A stretch of 32,000 nt of DNA from Mycolicibacterium smegmatis (GTDB lineage: Bacteria; Actinomycetota; Actinomycetes; Mycobacteriales; Mycobacteriaceae). The position numbers and the translations under genes were made by a program. The stretch's first letter is position 1. Each line of letters starts with the position of its first letter. The notes under the pieces are model-generated. The model was not told the DNA's origin. It did no database searches and saw only the letters and a list, made by a program, of their open reading frames with translations. Shown here piece by piece: positions 26,613 to 32,000 of the stretch. The stretch is from contig NZ_LN831039.1 in the NCBI RefSeq assembly GCF_001457595.1, positions 1,410,001 through 1,442,000 on the forward strand. Direction: 5' to 3'.

Positions 26613-27001
26613 TGGTTATCGACACTTCTGCCCTCGTTGCCATCTTGACCGACGAACCCGACGCCGAGTTGTTGGAGGGGGCGGTGGCTGACGATCCTGT
26701 TCGGACTATGTCCACCGCGTCGTATCTGGAGACAGCGATCGTGATCGAAAGTCGCTTCGGCGAGCCAGGTGGTCGCGAACTCGATCTGTGGTTGCATCGC
26801 GCATCAGTGGCACTGGTCGCTGTGGATGCCGATCAGGCCGACGCCGCCCGGTTGGCTTACCGGAGATACGGCAAGGGGCGCCATCCTGCAGGCCTGAATT
26901 ACGGCGACTGTTTTTCCTATGCGCTCGCCAAGGTCAGCGGTCAGCCTTTGTTGTTCAAGGGTGAGGATTTTCGGCTCACCGACGTCGCTGCGGTCCACTG
27001 A
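26612..27001 (+). CDS. vapC: VapC-family PIN-domain ribonuclease toxin
   Basis: [18 protein letters not shown]...STASYLETAIVIE...YGKGRHPAGLNYGDCFSYALAKVSGQPLLFKGEDFRLTDV carries the PIN acidic motifs; overlaps vapB by 1 nt. Confidence 0.94.
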   Translation: MVIDTSALVAILTDEPDAELLEGAVADDPVRTMSTASYLETAIVIESRFGEPGGRELDLWLHRASVALVAVDADQADAARLAYRRYGKGRHPAGLNYGDCFSYALAKVSGQPLLFKGEDFRLTDVAAVH

Positions 27002-27019
27002 ACGAGGTCAGAATTCACG

Positions 27020-29425
27020 TCAGTCCATCCCCAACGCCGCGCGCAGTCGGTCGGCGTTCATACCCCGCTCGGTCGCCGGGAAGCTGTCAAGCAGCTTGAT
27101 CAGATCACCACGCCGTGTCGGGTCGTCGGCGGCCTGCCGTGGTGTCAGACCGTTCAGCGCCGGGATGGATTCGTCGAGCCAGCGGGTTTCGTAGCCGCGC
27201 ATGAATTCCTCCATGGCCGTGAGTATTTCGGGATCGTCCGGCTCGATCGGTTCCCGAGAGGACGCAGTGAAGTCGCTAATCGGCCGACGGGAATCCTCCA
27301 GCACCGTCATCGCCGGGTTGAGCCGGCCGAGCTCCGCCAGCACGCGGTCCATCCGCTCCTCGCTGTTGGTCTCCACGCGCAAGGTGTCGCCGTCGAGCTT
27401 CAGCGACGCACGGATCTGCGGCTTGCCGGGGACATGCTCAAACCACTGCGGTGAATCGTCATCGGCGCGCACGTACACCTCATCGAGCACCGCCGGGTCG
27501 GCGAGCCGCACGGCGGCTTCGCACACCATCAGCGAATCACCCTCGGTGTTGGTCAACGTCGGCGGCGCGAACCGCCTGGTGAGCGCCTCCACCAACGTCA
27601 CCTCGTCGGGACCGGAGTCGAGAAGTTCGATCAGCGCATCCCGCTCGCCCAGCGAAATCGGTTCGATACCACCGAAAAACTGCATGACGCTCCCGGCCGG
27701 CAGCACCCGCGTACACAGCAGCTGACCTTCCGTCACCTCCCGGCTGGCCAGGCGCTCCCGTACCTCGTGACGGTCGCCGGTACGGATATCGCGGACGGTC
27801 ACGCTCTCGCCGGGGCGCACGGCTTCGACCTCGAAGACCGAGCGATCCACCTGTAGCCACTGCTCGGCAAGCGCGCGCTCATCGTCCGGGAGCAGCGGCC
27901 CGCGTACCCGCAGGAAATCCGCGAACGCGTCACCCTCGTGCAGCAGAGCATCCATCACCAACGGGTCGGACATCGCCTCGGCGATTGCGTCGTGGAGGTC
28001 ATCGGCGTAGCGGCTGCGTTCGAGGGCCAGTTCCAGCAGCATGCCGTGCCAATGAGTCTCCGATACGTGCTGGGCCGCCTTGCTGTACAGCCAGGCCGCG
28101 CGTTCCTCCAGGGAAAGCTGCTCGTTGCCGAGATGGCATTTCTTGTACTTGCGGCCGGAGCCGCACCAGCATGGTTCGTTTCGGCCGAGGTCCGGCCGCG
28201 GTGCGACCAGATACCGTTGCAAGAACTGAACATTCGGATGGTCGGGTGGGAACCCGGCGCGGCGCAGCAGCGCCAAGGCACGCTCAGCGTCACCGCGGTC
28301 GGATGCGATGTGTGCCAGGTCGACCAGCGTCAGCGGCCACTCCGTGTCCATCGTTTCGGCCGCGAGCAGTTCACGTTCGGCCGCCGCGATGTCGCCGGCG
28401 CGCTCCAGCGCCGTGGCCCGCAACCACCGCACGGCCGCCCGCGCCGGCCGCGGCACCTGCGCCTCGAGCGCCTCGGTGAGCCGGCTCAATGACTCCGGTG
28501 AACCGCGCCCCGCGTCGACCGTCTCCTCGACCAGAGCGTCGGCGACCACCGGATTCTCCAACGCCGCACCCGCTCTCCGCAGCAGCGGCAAGGAGTCGGC
28601 GTCGACCGTCAACTGCTCCAACGCCATGATGAGCGTCTGCAGCGCCACCGCGTCGTCGGGATCCAGGCCGTGCGTGTCGGCTGACCTGTGGCAGGCGGTC
28701 TCAAAACGCCAGCGTCCGAAGTCGAACCCAGCCGGCGCGATGAACCCATCGCTGTAGGCAAGGCCGGCTTCGCGGATGACCTCGCTCAGCGGCGCCGTCG
28801 CCTCGACGAACACTGTCGGGTCCTCGGCGCACAGCGTCAAAGCCGCTGCGTCGACGAACGTCGGCTCATCGCCGGGCAGCACCTCGGCCAATCGGTTGCC
28901 GATATCGGCATCCACGACGGTCTCGATGGTTTCGAGCGCCAGCCCCTGGTCGGTCAGTCGCAGCCCGACCAAATCGCCCTCGGCCGCCTTGAGCGCTGCC
29001 AGAGTCCCCGGCGCCAGTAGCACCACGCCCGACTCACCGGCCAACTCCAGTGGGATGCCGCGGTCCTCCAGCAACTCGTCGTCGTAGTCCGCAACAGCGA
29101 AGCTCACCGGTGAGCCATCGGCCAGGCGCAGGTACTCGTCAAGATGGAACAGATCACTGACGGGGTCGAGGTCGACGGCCGCGTCGAGCATGTCGTGGGC
29201 CACCTCGTGGGCGCTGAGGCGGTGTGTGAACACCCGACCGTCCAGTACGGTGGGCAACCACACCCAGCGGTCGTCGACCAGCATCCCGACAGGCATGGAC
29301 AGTTCATCAACAACAGGCTCCGGCACCGGCTCGCCGCTTGCCTGGAGCAAACGCTCGATCTCGTCGGTGTGCAGGGGTCCCTGTTCGGCCAGGATGCGGG
29401 CCACGGCGTCGGTCACGGTGGCCAC
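27020..29425 (-). CDS. SEC-C metal-binding motif protein, 801 aa
   Basis: 'RNEPCWCGSGRKYKKCHLGNEQLSLEERAAWLYSKA' is a canonical SEC-C motif in a TPR-like helical protein. Confidence 0.85.
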   Translation of the reverse strand: MATVTDAVARILAEQGPLHTDEIERLLQASGEPVPEPVVDELSMPVGMLVDDRWVWLPTVLDGRVFTHRLSAHEVAHDMLDAAVDLDPVSDLFHLDEYLRLADGSPVSFAVADYDDELLEDRGIPLELAGESGVVLLAPGTLAALKAAEGDLVGLRLTDQGLALETIETVVDADIGNRLAEVLPGDEPTFVDAAALTLCAEDPTVFVEATAPLSEVIREAGLAYSDGFIAPAGFDFGRWRFETACHRSADTHGLDPDDAVALQTLIMALEQLTVDADSLPLLRRAGAALENPVVADALVEETVDAGRGSPESLSRLTEALEAQVPRPARAAVRWLRATALERAGDIAAAERELLAAETMDTEWPLTLVDLAHIASDRGDAERALALLRRAGFPPDHPNVQFLQRYLVAPRPDLGRNEPCWCGSGRKYKKCHLGNEQLSLEERAAWLYSKAAQHVSETHWHGMLLELALERSRYADDLHDAIAEAMSDPLVMDALLHEGDAFADFLRVRGPLLPDDERALAEQWLQVDRSVFEVEAVRPGESVTVRDIRTGDRHEVRERLASREVTEGQLLCTRVLPAGSVMQFFGGIEPISLGERDALIELLDSGPDEVTLVEALTRRFAPPTLTNTEGDSLMVCEAAVRLADPAVLDEVYVRADDDSPQWFEHVPGKPQIRASLKLDGDTLRVETNSEERMDRVLAELGRLNPAMTVLEDSRRPISDFTASSREPIEPDDPEILTAMEEFMRGYETRWLDESIPALNGLTPRQAADDPTRRGDLIKLLDSFPATERGMNADRLRAALGMD

Positions 29426-29446
29426 TCTATGCCGTGGCGCCGGTGG

Positions 29447-31207
29447 TCAGACACCCCCGCGCCGCGCATACGGCCACGGCACATTCCGCTCGGGTACCGA
29501 GGACGCGCGGACCTGTTTGAGCTGCGCCAGCAGATATTGGCGCACCTCATGTAAATCCGGGTAATGCCAACGGTTTACGGCCTCGACGGGATCGGCGGTC
29601 AGGTCGTAGAGCTCCCACTGGTCGTCGAGCGGATCGCTGCGGTACGTCTCGCCGCCGAGACCGTCGGCCGCGAGATGGCGCACGCCGGGCTCGGTCCAGG
29701 TGCTCGGATCGTCGAACGTGCGCACGAGTTTCCACAGATGCCCGGCCCCACCGTGCGCGTCGGCGTCGTCGACACGCACCACCAGCCCCTCGAAGTTCGA
29801 AGCGACATGCGCGGGGACCTTGATCCGCAGCGGCGCAGGTGGATTGACGTCACGGCCGAGCTGACGCGCGATCCCGGACGCGCCGGTATCGCCTTCGAGC
29901 ACGTTGTCGCGCGTCATCAGGTAGATGGGGCGGTGGTCGTCGGCGGACGCCCCGGAGACCACGGGCATCAGATCGCGGCCCGGCAGCGGATGGACCTCAC
30001 TGAACGATTCGCGCAGCTGTGCGGCGGCCGCGTCGAGGTCGACCCCGGCCGCACCGAGCAGCGTCGGCACCAGATCGACATGCGACGTCGGCGCATCGAC
30101 GGTGCGGGCCTCGGTCGCCTCGGAGCCGATGCGGGCGATGACGAACGGCACGCGGGTGGCCTCGTCGTACAGGTTGAACCACTTCTGGTGCAGCCCGCCG
30201 TGCGCGCCCAGCAGCTCACCGTGATCGGAAGTGCGCACCAGCACCGCATTTTCGGAACCGCCCTCGGTGACGGCGCGGCGCACCCGGTCGATCGGTCCGT
30301 CCACCTCGGCGTGCAGCCGGTAGTACAGATCGCGGTACTCCTGCGCCTTGCGGCGGTAGGTGCGCTCGACGGCCATCGCCGGGCCGTACCCGGTGTAGTA
30401 CGCCTCGCGGAACGCGATCTGTGCGGCCGGTTTGTCGCGCAGATCCTCCTCGGCGGTCGGTGCCGGGGGAATGTGCGGGGGATCGAGCTCCGAGGGACCG
30501 AACGGCATGCGCCGCGACCACGCCGGGAACAGCACGATGTCGTGCGGGTTGACGAAGCTCGCCACCAACAGGAACGGCCGCAGCGCGTCGGGATCGCCCG
30601 CGCGCCGGCGCGCGTACCGGTCCTCCAACCACGCCACCACACGGTCGGCGACGATCGGGTCGCGCCGGAAACCGCTGTTGGACATGGCCGCTCCGTGCGG
30701 CTCGGGCCCCACCCAGCCGGAGAATCCGAACGGCGCCAGCGGATCGGCCTCCAGGTAGGCCTGCACGGCGGCCTGGTCGATCACGCCGTCGTCGTCATTG
30801 GTGGCCAGCGGCTCCCCGGTGGCGGGATCTTCGAGGTCGGCGTGCGAGATGTGCCATTTGCCGTCGTAGTGGGTGTCGTATCCGGCGGCGCGGAACCAGT
30901 TGCCCAGCGTGGGCACCTCACCGCGGCGCAGCCAGCGCAGCCGGGAATCGTCGTAGCGCTTGCCCAGCCCGTCGGTCTGGGTGACACCGTGCAGATCGGG
31001 GTACTGGCCGGTGAACATGGTCGGCCGGCTCGGCACACACGCCAGCGACCCGGTGTAGTGGCGGGTGAAGTTGACGCCGTGCTCGTCGAACCAGCGCCGT
31101 CCGGTGAGCGTGCGCTGGCGCCAGGCGAGCACCGAAGACGACTCGTACGGCGGGATCGCGCGTTCCTCGTCGGTCATCACGATGACGATGTCGGGACGGT
31201 CGGTCAT
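29447..31207 (-). CDS. Sulfatase (arylsulfatase/choline-sulfatase-like)
   Basis: MTDRPDIVIVMTDEERAIPPYE and 'CVPSRPTMFTGQYPDLHGV' (Cys-type sulfatase signature CxPSRxxxxTG), 'RTSDHGELLGAHGGLHQKWFNLYDEATRVPFVI'. Confidence 0.92.
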   Translation of the reverse strand: MTDRPDIVIVMTDEERAIPPYESSSVLAWRQRTLTGRRWFDEHGVNFTRHYTGSLACVPSRPTMFTGQYPDLHGVTQTDGLGKRYDDSRLRWLRRGEVPTLGNWFRAAGYDTHYDGKWHISHADLEDPATGEPLATNDDDGVIDQAAVQAYLEADPLAPFGFSGWVGPEPHGAAMSNSGFRRDPIVADRVVAWLEDRYARRRAGDPDALRPFLLVASFVNPHDIVLFPAWSRRMPFGPSELDPPHIPPAPTAEEDLRDKPAAQIAFREAYYTGYGPAMAVERTYRRKAQEYRDLYYRLHAEVDGPIDRVRRAVTEGGSENAVLVRTSDHGELLGAHGGLHQKWFNLYDEATRVPFVIARIGSEATEARTVDAPTSHVDLVPTLLGAAGVDLDAAAAQLRESFSEVHPLPGRDLMPVVSGASADDHRPIYLMTRDNVLEGDTGASGIARQLGRDVNPPAPLRIKVPAHVASNFEGLVVRVDDADAHGGAGHLWKLVRTFDDPSTWTEPGVRHLAADGLGGETYRSDPLDDQWELYDLTADPVEAVNRWHYPDLHEVRQYLLAQLKQVRASSVPERNVPWPYARRGGV

Positions 31208-31641
31208 GTTCTAGCTCCCATCGTGCGGGCGAGCCCGTCGAGCATGGCGTCGGATTGTTTGGCCAGCACCCGCGCGGTGACAGCCGAGGTGACCAGGGAG
31301 GCGAACCCGGCCGGGTCGACGGTGCTGGTCACGGTCACCTCGGTGCCCGCGCCGGCCGGGCGCAGCGTCCACCGGTTGGTCAGCCGGCCCATCCACGACG
31401 GCAGACCCTCGATCGCGTAGGCCAGCGTCGAGGGCTCCCGGAACTCGGTGATGCGCTCCACCAGCACCGTGCGGCCCACCTGGACGCGGCGCGTGGTGCC
31501 CAGCACCTCGGGGTGCGCATTGAGCACGCAGGAATGATCGATCTTGCCGGCCCACCTGCTCAACGCACCGAAATCGGCCAGGACATCCCAGATCGCCTGC
31601 TGCGGTGCGGGTATCACCCGGCTGCGGCTTGCCTGTCCCAT
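31204..31641 (-). CDS. SRPBCC-family (polyketide cyclase/dehydrase-like) protein
   Basis: MGQASRSRVIPAPQQAIWDVLADFGALSRWAGKIDHSCVL...RVQVGRTVLVERITEF...RWTLRPAGAGTEVTVTSTVDP. Overlaps the sulfatase start by 4 nt. Confidence 0.8.
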   Translation of the reverse strand: MGQASRSRVIPAPQQAIWDVLADFGALSRWAGKIDHSCVLNAHPEVLGTTRRVQVGRTVLVERITEFREPSTLAYAIEGLPSWMGRLTNRWTLRPAGAGTEVTVTSTVDPAGFASLVTSAVTARVLAKQSDAMLDGLARTMGART

Positions 31642-31807
31642 AGGGCCATGAAACACGATGTGCCGACGTTCCGAGGCGAACTCAGGCCAACACGTCGCGA
31701 ATGGCGTCGTCGAGGGACTCGCCGGATTGAAAACACCTGCCGAAAGACGCCGGAATTGTCGCCGGTGTCGGTTAGCCTCGCCACGAATACCGCGAGGGGG
31801 AGCCAGT

Positions 31808-32000
31808 GTGATCGATTCGCCCAACGAGCCGCCGCGGCTGGCCAACGCCGCCGAACGCCGCACCTGGGAAGCGCTCGTCGACCAGGCGCAACCCGACGAC
31901 CTCGTGGTGCCCGGCCAGCGGGTCACCGACCACCTCAAGGACCACGAGGTCGACTTCGTCGTCGGCCTCGAAGGTGCGGGCATCGTGTGCCTGGAGGTCA
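31808..32000 (+). CDS. Probable NERD-domain (nuclease-related) protein, 3' partial
   Basis: GTG start with GGGGG-rich RBS upstream; MIDSPNEPPRLANAAERRTWEALVDQAQPDDLVVPGQRVTDHLKDHEVDFVVGLEGAGIVCLEV (E...DFVV..E..GI..(L)EV nuclease-like). Runs off the window. Confidence 0.6.
   Translation, partial: MIDSPNEPPRLANAAERRTWEALVDQAQPDDLVVPGQRVTDHLKDHEVDFVVGLEGAGIVCLEV

Noticed and set aside
29564-31420. 618-aa plus-strand ORF
   Set aside because: Antisense to the sulfatase, which has the CVPSR signature; high-GC shadow ORF.
1-32000. CRISPR arrays, tRNA or rRNA genes, retrons with reverse transcriptase, phage structural genes
   Set aside because: None recognised on reading; no regular repeat-spacer pattern, no RT YxDD-type ORF, no phage structural ORF.

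Overview
High-GC actinobacterial DNA, Mycobacterium/Mycolicibacterium-like by protein style and leaderless-type promoters. The window is a defence and mobile-element island. Left edge: a three-gene module made of an OGG-fold 8-oxoguanine-glycosylase-like protein (open at the window start), an SMC/Rad50-like AAA ATPase with a CPVC zinc-hook motif, and a small helical protein. It is followed by a 75-bp stub (promoter plus first 15 codons) of a jetA/DUF3375 gene. Middle (about 3.7-13.7 kb): nested and tandem insertion sequences. These are two near-identical inverted 1364-bp IS3-family copies, a second IS3-family element interrupted by one of them with a TTC duplication, an intact IS256-family element splitting a minus-strand gene with a 9-bp duplication, and three tandem IS1380-family copies in different states of decay. 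Right half: an apparently frameshifted unknown gene, two about 90-95% identical HNH-domain genes flanking an SMP-30-like gene, a decayed MazG-like pyrophosphohydrolase, a Doc/Fic-type toxin-antitoxin pair, a complete JetABCD (Wadjet, EptABCD/MksBEFG-like) operon at 19790-26337, and a VapBC pair. Flanking this are a SEC-C-motif protein, a sulfatase, an SRPBCC protein and the start of a probable NERD-domain gene. The best candidates for an undescribed system are the OGG/SMC/small-protein module tied to a disrupted second Wadjet locus, and the duplicated HNH genes. All calls come from reading the sequence; no database search was run.
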